Below, piece after piece: positions 26,755 to 35,491 of a DNA stretch of 47,587 nt. The stretch is from positions 1 through 47,587 of the forward strand of contig JBEIQK010000001.1 of assembly GCA_040376505.1 (NCBI GenBank), read 5' to 3'. The notes under the pieces are model-generated. The model ran no database searches. It was not told the DNA's origin and saw only the letters and a program-made list of their open reading frames with translations. Made by a program: the position numbers and the translations under genes. This stretch comes from Alphaproteobacteria bacterium (GTDB lineage Bacteria; Myxococcota_A; UBA796; UBA2385). How positions within the stretch are numbered: position 1 is the stretch's first letter; every line of letters begins with the position of its first letter.

Positions 26755-27885
26755 ATGTCTCGTATCCTCTTTGTTGATCCAATCCCCGGCAGCCAGGAGG
26801 CCCTGCTCACCGCCCTGGGGGGCGCCGGCCACGAGGTCTGGGCCGTCACCAACGGGCCCGACGCCCTGGCCCTGGCCCTGGCCCAGCGCTTTGACCTCGT
26901 CATCGCCGACGACAGCGCCGCTGGCATGGAGAACCTCGAGCTCCTCACCGCCCTGCGTCAGGCCCGTCCCACCCTGCGGGCCCTGCTGCTGTCGGCCACC
27001 CTGCACAAGGCCCTCGCCAAGCGGGCGGTCAACGAGGCCGGCGCGGTGGGCGTCTTGGCAAAGCCGGTGAACGAGAGCGCCACCCTGGCGGCGGTGAAGC
27101 GGGCGCTGGCCATCCCCTCGCCCGCGGCCCCGGTCAACTGGGAGGGCTTTGACGAAGAGGGCCAGATGGTGCGCGAATGCCTCGACAGCGAGGGCTTTCG
27201 CCTGGCCCTGCAACCGGTGGTGACCGCCCGCGGCGGCGTGGTGGTGGGCTTTGAGGCCCTGCTGCGCACCAACCACCCGATCCTCTCCACCCCGCGCCTG
27301 CTGCTGGTGGCCGCCGAGCGCCACAACATGCTGCCCGAGTTGGGCAACACCATCGTCGGCCGGGCCGCCGAGTGGCTCTTCCGCCTGCCCGACCGCGCCC
27401 GGCTCTTCTTGAACCTCCACCCCGAAGACCTGCGCGACACCGACATCCTCGCCGGCCGGCTTGAACCCCTGCTGCCCTGGGCCTCGCGCCTCACCCTCGA
27501 CCTCACCGGCGAGTGCTTCGCCCGCTGGCCCGACCTGCACGCCCGGGTGCGCCAGCTCCGCAGCCTGGGCTTCTCGATCTCCCTCGACGACCTGGGCGAC
27601 GGGCCCGGCGCGCTCTCCCTCCTCGCCGAGCTCGGCCCCGACGTGATGAAGCTCGATCCATCGCTCGTGCGCAACCTCGACCAGAGCCCGCGCAAGCGGC
27701 GCCTCGTCGAGATGTTGTGCTCCTTTGGCGCCGCCACCGACGCCACCGTGCTGGCCGAAGGGGTCGAGACCCAGAGCGAGGCGCGGGCCCTCCAGGACCT
27801 CGGCGTGTCGCTGCTCCAGGGCTACCTCTACGGCCGCCCGAGCACGAGCCTGCTCACCGCCGCCCCGCTGGCCCAGTCGGCCTGA
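26755..27885 (+). CDS. response regulator with EAL domain, paralogue of the upstream gene, partly degenerate motifs
   Basis: Receiver residues: FVDP, VIADD, LLSAT, AKP. EAL motifs: FEALLR, LNLHP, SLDDLGDG, KLD, EGVE, QGYLYGRP. The E-x-TE motif position reads LDLTGE. Confidence 0.8.
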   Translation: MSRILFVDPIPGSQEALLTALGGAGHEVWAVTNGPDALALALAQRFDLVIADDSAAGMENLELLTALRQARPTLRALLLSATLHKALAKRAVNEAGAVGVLAKPVNESATLAAVKRALAIPSPAAPVNWEGFDEEGQMVRECLDSEGFRLALQPVVTARGGVVVGFEALLRTNHPILSTPRLLLVAAERHNMLPELGNTIVGRAAEWLFRLPDRARLFLNLHPEDLRDTDILAGRLEPLLPWASRLTLDLTGECFARWPDLHARVRQLRSLGFSISLDDLGDGPGALSLLAELGPDVMKLDPSLVRNLDQSPRKRRLVEMLCSFGAATDATVLAEGVETQSEARALQDLGVSLLQGYLYGRPSTSLLTAAPLAQSA

Positions 27886-27912
27886 CCGACGAGGCCAGCA
27901 GGGGGCGCGCGC

Positions 27913-28488
27913 TCAGAAGCTCATGCCCATGTTCAGGCTGCCCAGCCCCACCACGCCGTTGTCGGGCTTACCCATGTTGGCGTTGCTGGAGCCGGCCTTG
28001 TAGCCGAGGTGGGTGCCGTAGCCCAGACCGAGGTCCCACTTGAAGGTGAAGCCGCCCTCGGTGGCCACCTTCCAGCCCAGGGCCGGGCCCACCGCGATGC
28101 GGCTGTAGGAGCCGGCCGGCTCTTCGCCAAAGGTGGCGCCGATGTGGTCGTAGCGGGCGATCCCGCTCGCGTACCAGCCGCGGTTGAAGTGCTTGAAGTG
28201 GTAATTGTAGCCGCCGTAGGCGCCAAACTGGTTGACGACGAGCTTGTCTTCGCTCACGGCGTTGATGAAGCGAAGCAAAAGGTTGTTGTACCGCCCCACC
28301 GTGACGCCGGCCGTGTAGCTGGTCTTGTCGGAGAGCGACTTGTCGTAGTCCAGCTCCAGGCGCGGCTCGAAGATGCCCGTGGCGACCACCGTGACGGCCT
28401 GGGTGTGATCGGCGATGGGCCGGTCTTTGGCGGCGGCAGAAGAGGTAGAGAGGGCAGCGGCGAGAATGGCAGTCGACAGCATGGTCAC
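27913..28488 (-). CDS. small outer-membrane beta-barrel protein
   Basis: 191 aa. Signal peptide ends SSAAA-KD. Alternating aromatic/Gly pattern and a C-terminal ...LNMGMSF ending in Phe. GGAG lies 6 nt before the ATG. Confidence 0.6.
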   Translation of the reverse strand: MTMLSTAILAAALSTSSAAAKDRPIADHTQAVTVVATGIFEPRLELDYDKSLSDKTSYTAGVTVGRYNNLLLRFINAVSEDKLVVNQFGAYGGYNYHFKHFNRGWYASGIARYDHIGATFGEEPAGSYSRIAVGPALGWKVATEGGFTFKWDLGLGYGTHLGYKAGSSNANMGKPDNGVVGLGSLNMGMSF

Positions 28489-28579
28489 TCCGGTATGGAA
28501 GAGAGGGATGCTCCTGACAACGAGTCCCTCTTAACTGCTATTCTGCGCGTTGGTCAAGGCCGTGTCAGGACTCGCACCC

Positions 28580-29626
28580 CTATCCGCCGTTGACAATGAC
28601 CTCCCAGGCCATGCCGCCGTCGTAGCCGCTGTAGGTGTCGGAGCCCGCGGGATCGCCAGTGGTCTGTCCACCCTGGGTGGTGGCCCGCACGCGGATGCGG
28701 TGCCCCCCGGGCGTGGCGGTCCAGGGCTGACGCCAGAGGGTCCAGATCGAGGGGCCGCCCGGGTAGGTGATCTCCGCCGGGGCCCAGGTGGCGCCGTCGT
28801 CGAGGCTGACCTCCACCAACGCGATGGGGTCCTCGCCGGCGTAGGCGGTGCCGAGCAGATCGTAGTCGCCTGGGTCGAGGACGGCGGTGGTGGGGCTGGC
28901 GATAAAGGCGTTGGCGCGGATGGTGCAGTCATTCGACCAGCCCACCTCCTCCCAGAAGCCCAGGTGGGGCTGATCGATGAAGTGCAGGGCCACCAGCCAC
29001 TTCACATTCTTCATGCCATAGCGACCCGGCACGAGCAGCCGCACCACGCCGCCGTGATCGCGGGGCAGGGGCTCGCCGTTCATCGCCCAGACGATCCAGA
29101 TCGGCCGGTCGAGGTCGCCCACCGGCACCGCCGTGGTGTAGGCGTCGGCCCCCTCCAGGTACAGCTCGGTGGCGGCCGCCGGAACGGCGAAGCCGAGCGC
29201 GTCGAGGGCCTCGCGGAGGGGCAGGCCGGTCCAGATGGCGTTGCCGATCGCCTGGTGGCGCGGCCCGGAGCCGATGCACTGCAGCGTGTGCTCTTTGTCG
29301 CGGCCCCCCAGCGCCTGCAGATCGGCCAGCGAGAGGCTGCCCAGCGCCCGGTCCTGGCCGAGGGTGCGGTCGCGCAGGGCGAGGCGCCAGGCGTCGCGGT
29401 CGAGGGTGGGCGAGCCGCAGCAGGAGGTCACATAGTGGTCTTCGTTGCTGGTGATCGGCGGGATCTCATCGAGGGGGGCCGCGCTGTCTCCCCCGCCGCC
29501 GCTGGGGGCCGGTGAAGAGCCGCTGTCGGCGCCCTGCTTCTCGGTGACGCAGGCCACAGCGCCCACGCCAATGAGGGCGCTGCCCTGGGCCAGCAGGGAT
29601 CGACGGGAAAAGCGCATCGTGATCAT
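28580..29626 (-). CDS. molybdopterin-dependent oxidoreductase (sulfite-oxidase/YedY-fold), Tat-exported probable lipoprotein
   Basis: Internal ATG at 29626 gives MITMRFSRRSLLAQGSALIGVGAVAC (twin-Arg plus lipobox). HTLQCIGSGPR carries the Mo-ligand Cys context. WAMNGEPLPRDHGGVVRLLVPGRYGMKNVKW is typical of the Oxidored_molyb domain. The C-terminal part is Ig-like. Confidence 0.8.
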   Translation of the reverse strand: MITMRFSRRSLLAQGSALIGVGAVACVTEKQGADSGSSPAPSGGGGDSAAPLDEIPPITSNEDHYVTSCCGSPTLDRDAWRLALRDRTLGQDRALGSLSLADLQALGGRDKEHTLQCIGSGPRHQAIGNAIWTGLPLREALDALGFAVPAAATELYLEGADAYTTAVPVGDLDRPIWIVWAMNGEPLPRDHGGVVRLLVPGRYGMKNVKWLVALHFIDQPHLGFWEEVGWSNDCTIRANAFIASPTTAVLDPGDYDLLGTAYAGEDPIALVEVSLDDGATWAPAEITYPGGPSIWTLWRQPWTATPGGHRIRVRATTQGGQTTGDPAGSDTYSGYDGGMAWEVIVNGG

Positions 29627-29732
29627 GGCGGCCTCGGGCTTGGGGGTGCATGTGGGCGCGTCCGTCACTATGCCAGCGCTCCGGTGTCGGTTGCTCACCG
29701 CGCCGGTGTTTGAAGAAAGGAAGGAGACCCTG

Positions 29733-30305
29733 ATGCTGGCCCTGCTGCTCACCGCGATCTCAGCCGCCGCCCCGATCGATCCGGGCCACACGATCTGGTT
29801 TGACCAGGGCTTTGGCGCCCCGACCGGCCTCGTCGGCCTGCGCTACACCCACGACCTCTCGCCCAAGGCCAGCGTGGAGGGCGGGTTGGGCCTTGGGCTG
29901 TCGGGCTACCAGGTGGCGGCGATGGGCCACCTGCGCAGGCCCTTCGGCGACAAGGGCCGTGGCGCCTGGATGGCCGGCGCCGGCCTGTCAAACGCGCTCA
30001 TCGGCGAGTCGATCGGCATGCATGTGCCCCACGCCGACGGCGTCGCGGTGGACAGCAACAAGATCTACAGCACCACCTGGATGAACGCCGAGGGCGCCGT
30101 GCAGACCCAAGGCAAGCACCTGGGCCTGCGCGTCACGCTGGGCCTCGCCGTGCGCCTGCGCTCCAACATGGACGACCTGTGCGACGGCGAGGAGATCACC
30201 GCGCAGTACACCGACTGCTACCCGCCCCACACGCCCTCGGCGCCGAAGATCTCGGCGGCGCCGTTCTTTCCGTACATGGGCCTGGCGTACGGCTGGGGCT
30301 GGTAG
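29733..30305 (+). CDS. hypothetical secreted Gly-rich protein (possible small beta-barrel)
   Basis: AAGGAG at 29721-29726, then ATG at 29733 (MLALLLTAISAAAP). 190 aa, ends ...MGLAYGWGW. The upstream part of ORF 29445..30305 is antisense to the molybdoenzyme gene. Confidence 0.5.
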   Translation: MLALLLTAISAAAPIDPGHTIWFDQGFGAPTGLVGLRYTHDLSPKASVEGGLGLGLSGYQVAAMGHLRRPFGDKGRGAWMAGAGLSNALIGESIGMHVPHADGVAVDSNKIYSTTWMNAEGAVQTQGKHLGLRVTLGLAVRLRSNMDDLCDGEEITAQYTDCYPPHTPSAPKISAAPFFPYMGLAYGWGW

Positions 30306-30308
30306 GGC

Positions 30309-32993
30309 CTACTCCTCCTCTTCGGCCAGCGACTCGGCGAGGTCGGCCTGGGCCTGCTCCTTGGCCAGGGTCAGGTCAGGGCGGTCGGGCCAGCGGCGCT
30401 CGCCCTCGATGAGGATCACGCTGGCGCGCACGAAGTCCTCGTTGCGGCTGTAGGCCTCGGCCATGCGCAGAAAGCCCTCGGGGCTCTCCTCGAAGTGGCC
30501 GTACAGGATGGTGTCGGCCACCTTGTGACTGGGCAGCAGCTTGACGAAGTCGCCCTCGGCCATGTCGTCGTGCAGGTGCAGCGGCGCCGAGTACTCGATG
30601 CGCATGTTGTCGTCGGTGTTGAGCTGGTCGATGCTCGTAAACAGAAGGATCTGGTCGCGGTTGATGCGGTAGCGGGCCAGGACATCCTCGGCGGCGGCAG
30701 AGTTGACCGCCTGCATCTCCAGGGCCACGGCCTCATCGCCCGGCCGCCGCAGCATGGCTTCGACCTTCTCGGCGGTGAGATGGAGGGGCTGCTCGCTGCC
30801 CAGCAGCACGAGGTCGGCCCCCTCGATGGTCGTGAAGACCAGCACATGGGGGTAGACCTCGGCCACGGTGCGCAGCAGGCTCTGCACATCGCCATTGTCC
30901 ATGCCGTAGAGCTGCACCCACTGGCTCCAGACCCCGCCCGGCTTGAGGCGGGTCTTGCCCACCTCCAAGAAGTCCTTGGTGAACAGATTGGAGACGCCGG
31001 TGAGCCAGGGGTTGCTGGGCTCCGAGATGATGATGTCGTAGGTCTGGGGCGGCGTCAGCACGATGTGGTTGCGGGCGTCGTTGGCGTAGAGGGTGACGCG
31101 GGGGTCTTCGAGGGGCCGGTTGTTGTACTCGTCGAAGAAGTGGCTGGCGTCGACGATGGCCGGCTCCAGCTCGATGACGTCGATGCGCTTGGGGGCCGTG
31201 TGCAGGGTGATCGATCCGGCCGTGATGCCGCTGGCCAGACCGATGACCATAACGTCCTGGGCATCCTTCTGGAAGATGAAGGGCAGGTGCGCGCAGAGCA
31301 CCTGGGTGGGCATGTCGATCTTGGTGCTGGCGTCGACCTTGCCGTTGTTGGCCAGCCAGATGTTCTTGCTCTCCTTGCTTTGGGCCACGGTGACCACGCT
31401 GGAGAGGCCTTCTTTGTAGAAGAGCAGGTCGTAGGGGGTGACCGAGAACTCCAGGATTCCCTCGCGGGTGCGCTCCTCGGGGTCCATCTCGCTCGCGTAC
31501 TTGTACATGCCCGCCGTCATCAGCAGCGGCTCCCAGGCCGGCGGGAAGAGGTGCACGAGGCCGATCACCATGCTGGCGAGGCCAAAGCCGGTGAGCTGGG
31601 GGCCAAGCCGGGGGCCCTCTTTGCGGGCCAGCTCGGCGCCGCGCAGGGCGAAGACGGCGGCGACGAGGTTGATGCTCACGCCGATCAGCACGGCCGTGCG
31701 CACCGAGAGCTGGGGCAGCACCACAAGCCCGCCGATCGAGGCGCCGAGGATGGCGCCGACGGTGTTCCAGCCGTAGAGCCGGCCCACGGGCCCGCCCAGC
31801 GAGGTGGAGCGCACCGCCGCCCGCACCAGCACCGGGAAGGAGGCCCCCATCAAGAAGGCCGGCGGGAACATGATCGACAGGGCGAGGCCCAGCTTGGCCG
31901 GCCAGAGCCACTGCTTGTTGTCCTCCACCGCCGAGTAGAGGTCGACGAAGATGAAGGGCAGCTCGCCATAGAAGTGCATCGCCAGCCAGGCCAGCAAGGC
32001 CACGCCGCACTGCAAGCCCATCACGAGGCGCAGGGCGCTGTAGGCCCCGCCGCGGGCCCAGATCCGGTCGGCCAGGGGCCCGCCGGCGAGCCCACCAAAG
32101 CCGATGCCCATCAGGAAGGCGAGGAGCATCACGCTAAACGCGAAGGCGCTGCCGCCCAACTGAAGCACGAGGAGGCGGAACCAGGCCACCTCGTAGAGCA
32201 GGGCCGAGAGCCCGGCGAGGAAGGCGAGCCCGAAGAGGGTGCGCACCCAGGGCTGGGGCGGCTCGGCCTGTTCGGCCGCCGTCTCGACGCTGGGCGGCAG
32301 GGCCGGGGTGCGCAGGCCGATCGGCACGGCCACCGCGCAGAGCAGCAGGTTGGCGCCGGCGGTGATGAAGGTGGTCGTCTGCAGGCCGAGCTTGGGCAGC
32401 AGGAAGAAGCCCGCCAGCCCAACGCCGATCACCGCACCGATGGTGTTGGCCCCATAGAGCAGCCCGATGCGCACGCCGGCCTGCTCGCTGTCGCCGGCCG
32501 CAAAGCGGGCGAGCAGGGGCAGCGTGCCGCCCATCGCGATGGTGGGCGGCAGCAGCATCAGGCCAAAGAGCAGGAACTGAAAGACCGCAAAGACCAGCGG
32601 GCTCGGGTGAAAGGCGGCCCAGAAGGCGCCGTAGATCGGCTCCACCGCGCTCACCAGCACCGGGTAGAGCAGGGCGTAGAGCCCAATGGCGCCCTCCAGG
32701 ATGCCGTAGACGAGCAGGGGCCGGGCCACCCGGTCGGCCACCCGCCCCGACAAAAAGCCGCCGGCGGCGAGCCCGGCCATGAAGGCGGCCAGCACCGTGA
32801 TCACCGCGAGCTGACTGGTGCCAGCGACGAGGTGCAGCTCGCGCTCCCAGACGGTCTCGTACACCAGCGAGGTGGCGCCGCTCGTGAGGAAGAGGGGCAG
32901 CAACACGGCCAGCGCGAGGCGACGTCGGGAGTCGGCCGGGTCGGCGGGCGGGGTGTCGTGCGTGGGGGTCGTGACGGAGGGGGCGTCGGTCAT
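30309..32993 (-). CDS. fused MFS-like membrane domain / spermidine-synthase-like methyltransferase-fold protein with C-terminal helical repeat region
   Basis: 894 aa. About 12-14 hydrophobic helices, then VMVIGLASGITAGS, IDVIELEP, YANDARN and YDIIISEPSNPW, which are characteristic of spermidine-synthase-family fusions. Confidence 0.8.
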   Translation of the reverse strand: MTDAPSVTTPTHDTPPADPADSRRRLALAVLLPLFLTSGATSLVYETVWERELHLVAGTSQLAVITVLAAFMAGLAAGGFLSGRVADRVARPLLVYGILEGAIGLYALLYPVLVSAVEPIYGAFWAAFHPSPLVFAVFQFLLFGLMLLPPTIAMGGTLPLLARFAAGDSEQAGVRIGLLYGANTIGAVIGVGLAGFFLLPKLGLQTTTFITAGANLLLCAVAVPIGLRTPALPPSVETAAEQAEPPQPWVRTLFGLAFLAGLSALLYEVAWFRLLVLQLGGSAFAFSVMLLAFLMGIGFGGLAGGPLADRIWARGGAYSALRLVMGLQCGVALLAWLAMHFYGELPFIFVDLYSAVEDNKQWLWPAKLGLALSIMFPPAFLMGASFPVLVRAAVRSTSLGGPVGRLYGWNTVGAILGASIGGLVVLPQLSVRTAVLIGVSINLVAAVFALRGAELARKEGPRLGPQLTGFGLASMVIGLVHLFPPAWEPLLMTAGMYKYASEMDPEERTREGILEFSVTPYDLLFYKEGLSSVVTVAQSKESKNIWLANNGKVDASTKIDMPTQVLCAHLPFIFQKDAQDVMVIGLASGITAGSITLHTAPKRIDVIELEPAIVDASHFFDEYNNRPLEDPRVTLYANDARNHIVLTPPQTYDIIISEPSNPWLTGVSNLFTKDFLEVGKTRLKPGGVWSQWVQLYGMDNGDVQSLLRTVAEVYPHVLVFTTIEGADLVLLGSEQPLHLTAEKVEAMLRRPGDEAVALEMQAVNSAAAEDVLARYRINRDQILLFTSIDQLNTDDNMRIEYSAPLHLHDDMAEGDFVKLLPSHKVADTILYGHFEESPEGFLRMAEAYSRNEDFVRASVILIEGERRWPDRPDLTLAKEQAQADLAESLAEEEE

Positions 32994-33330
32994 GGCCCGG
33001 CCGCTTAGCGCCTTGCTTCCTCAGGCGGTAGCGGGGGCGCGGGCTTTGGGGGGCTGGTGCGAAGGATCGCGCAGGCGACCGAAACCGCTCCCGACCGCAG
33101 GGCGAGTGGCGGCGATCGGCGTGGCAGAGCTGGAGGCGCTGCGTGCTGGCGGCGCTGGCCAGCGTAGCCTCCGAAGACCGCTGACAGGCCGAGGGAGCGC
33201 CACAGCCGGCCCGACGGCTGGCGGAGCCGGCGGAGCGCGAGGCCGAAGAGGGCCACGACCCTCTCAGCGCCGGTGAGCAGCAGCCCTTCGCGGTGGCGCT
33301 GCGCTGGACTTTGGGCGCTCACCGCCAGGG

Positions 33331-33570
33331 GTGATCGACACGCCGCTCCGTCGACTGGATGCCGACCACCGCCAGCGACTGATCGAGCACGATCTGCCCC
33401 AGGCCAGCCACCCGGTCATCGTGCGCTCCACCGACCCCAAAATCGACGAGCCGGCCTGGCGGCGGCTCCTCTCTCAGGGCACGGTGGGGCGAGCCTGGGA
33501 TCCCGACAAGCGCGCATCCACCTTGGCCCCCGGCTGCTTCCCGACGTTTTCGCCCTCGAAGGCCGACTGA
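33331..33570 (+). CDS. possible small hypothetical protein (79 aa)
   Basis: GTG-started ORF with balanced composition (IDTPLRRLDADHRQRLIEHDLPQ...). Third-position GC is clearly higher than in the surrounding 750-bp gap. No recognisable motif and no obvious RBS. Confidence 0.3.
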   Translation: MIDTPLRRLDADHRQRLIEHDLPQASHPVIVRSTDPKIDEPAWRRLLSQGTVGRAWDPDKRASTLAPGCFPTFSPSKAD

Positions 33571-33744
33571 CCGATGCTTCACCCGCCGAAGACCGTTCGC
33601 ATCACCGAAGCCGGCAAGGCCAGCCTCAGCCGCATCAAAAACAGTCGTGCATCCAGCGCTGAGGCACCTTGGGGTCGGTCGCCGGGGCGAGGTCTCCACC
33701 AAAAGGTGGCGGCACGTCGATCCCCCCCGATCAACGCGCCCCCC

Positions 33745-35421
33745 TCAGCCCTTGATGCGGTAACCACCCATCTCGTTGTTAAAGACCCAGGCCACCACCT
33801 CACCAATCTCGAAGTGGTTGCCCATATACGAGTGAATCGTCGCCGCCGCCGAGCCCGCGTCGCGCAGCACCGCCCGCGCCTTCAGCATCTTGCGAAAACG
33901 GTCCTGCCAGCGCGCCATGTTAGCCGGCCGCAGATCCACCCAGCCCTTGGCCGCCCACTGTTCACGCGCAACCAGGTCACTCAAGGAGACCGAGGTGCCG
34001 TGGCCCACCAGCTCGGGCACGTTGATGCGCGGGCCGCGCAGGAGCAGGTGGCCATCGGGGCTCAGCACCGGGATGCCGATGCTCGGCGCCATCGTCGCCA
34101 CCCCCGAGGGCTCCAAGGCCGCCACGAGGGACTGACTGAGCTGCAGGGGGTCGGACTCCTGGGCCAGCACCCGGTCGATGGTGCCAAAGGCGTGCTTGAA
34201 GAGCTGGGCCTCGAAGAGCAGCTTGGAGAGCTCGGGCGGGCCGAGCTTGCCGAGGGCCACCGAGGGGATGCCGCACTCCAGCTCGGCGGCGTCGAGGTCG
34301 GTGAGCGCGGTGGTGCGCAGCAGACCGGCCTTGTAGGAGGGGTCCATCACGGCGCCGTCCATCGCCGAGATGCAGTCGTTGCCGGTGTTGGCGCCGCGGA
34401 TCTCCTGCACCACCACCCGGGCGATCTCCTCGGGGGTGATGTACTCCATCTGGCCCAGGGCGGTGATGGCGGCGAACTCGCCGCGGGTGAAGACACCGTT
34501 TTCGCCGGTGTCCACCACCGGAACCCGCAGCTCGCCCACCCGCTCGTAGCCGGCGGCGTCTTCGCGCAGGTCGAGCCGGGCGGCGTCGAGGGTGATCTGC
34601 TTGGGGGCGAAGAGGTCGGAGTTGCCGTGCTTGTCGGCGGTGCGGCGCACGTGCACGGCGCGGTAGCCGATCATCGCCGCAGGCTTGACCTCTTTGACGA
34701 TGGGGGCATTGGGCGTGCGGGCGAGGAGGAAGAGCAGGCCGGTGTGGCCAAAGGCGGCCTCGGTTTTGGCCAGGAGCTTGCGGCTCGGCTTGTCTTCGGA
34801 GTGGGTGTAGGGGATGTTGAGCCCCATGCCGCCGGTGCCGGTGGTGCCGACCTTGATGTAGACCCGGGTCTGGTAGTCGGTGGTGGCCCGGTGCAGGCAG
34901 CGCACATGGCGGATGATCTGAGGCACGCTCTGGGAGAGCAGGAAGGTCTCCAGATCGCTCATGCCCTTGGCGTCAAAGGTGCTGTCGTGAATCCACTCGC
35001 GGACCTTCTGGGCACCGTCAAAGATGTCCTGGTAGGAGAGCCCCGTGGCGGTGTTGACGCAGTCGACGATGACCTCGGGCCGGTGCTGGCGGATCATCCG
35101 CACGAGGTGGTTCTCGCTGTAGGTGGCCTCAAAGTCATCGTAGAGCGCCCGCAGCAGGCGCTGGCGCAGGGCGGCGTCGGTCTGGATGCGGGCCCGCGGC
35201 ATCTCGGCCAGATCGGTGGGCAGGAAGAGGTCGCCCCAGGCCGGCACGAAGGCGATGCGGTCGCCAAACTCGGCCTCGAGCTGGTGGGCGGCCACCTCGG
35301 CCTCATGGCGGAGGAGCGAGGCCACGACGATGCGCCGGGGATCGAGCTGCTCGACGATGTGACGACAGGCCTGAAGGCCGACAAGGCCGGCGCCGCCGAG
35401 GATGAGGAAGTCGTGGTACAT
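33745..35421 (-). CDS. NAD(P)-binding Rossmann-fold protein of unknown function (saccharopine-dehydrogenase-like N-terminus)
   Basis: MYHDFLILGGAGLVGLQACRHIV dinucleotide-binding motif and VIVDCVNTATG. 558 aa with high GC3. Specific function not recognised. Confidence 0.6.
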   Translation of the reverse strand: MYHDFLILGGAGLVGLQACRHIVEQLDPRRIVVASLLRHEAEVAAHQLEAEFGDRIAFVPAWGDLFLPTDLAEMPRARIQTDAALRQRLLRALYDDFEATYSENHLVRMIRQHRPEVIVDCVNTATGLSYQDIFDGAQKVREWIHDSTFDAKGMSDLETFLLSQSVPQIIRHVRCLHRATTDYQTRVYIKVGTTGTGGMGLNIPYTHSEDKPSRKLLAKTEAAFGHTGLLFLLARTPNAPIVKEVKPAAMIGYRAVHVRRTADKHGNSDLFAPKQITLDAARLDLREDAAGYERVGELRVPVVDTGENGVFTRGEFAAITALGQMEYITPEEIARVVVQEIRGANTGNDCISAMDGAVMDPSYKAGLLRTTALTDLDAAELECGIPSVALGKLGPPELSKLLFEAQLFKHAFGTIDRVLAQESDPLQLSQSLVAALEPSGVATMAPSIGIPVLSPDGHLLLRGPRINVPELVGHGTSVSLSDLVAREQWAAKGWVDLRPANMARWQDRFRKMLKARAVLRDAGSAAATIHSYMGNHFEIGEVVAWVFNNEMGGYRIKG

Positions 35422-35491
35422 GCGCTGCCTCGATGAGGGAGCGGCCAGCTAACCAGGGGCTGCCGGGCCCGCCGCTCTCCCGGAGGCCGCC

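Noticed and set aside
25534-27540. 668-aa minus-strand ORF
   Set aside because: It is antisense to the two REC-EAL genes.
28550-33008. Plus-strand ORFs 28550..29515 and 30495..33008, and minus ORF 30733..32010
   Set aside because: They are antisense or out-of-frame shadows of the molybdoenzyme and the MFS/spermidine-synthase gene.
32818-33276. 152-aa plus ORF whose ATG shares a CATG with the minus-strand gene start at 32993
   Set aside because: Third-position GC is clearly lower than in real genes here. The product is Gly/Arg/Ala low-complexity sequence, so this is probably non-coding leader or promoter DNA.
33574-35436. 620-aa plus ORF starting 4 nt after the small ORF stop
   Set aside because: Beyond its first ~55 codons it is antisense to the NAD(P)-binding gene (33745..35421). 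A real small gene here would have no stop before a massive convergent overlap.
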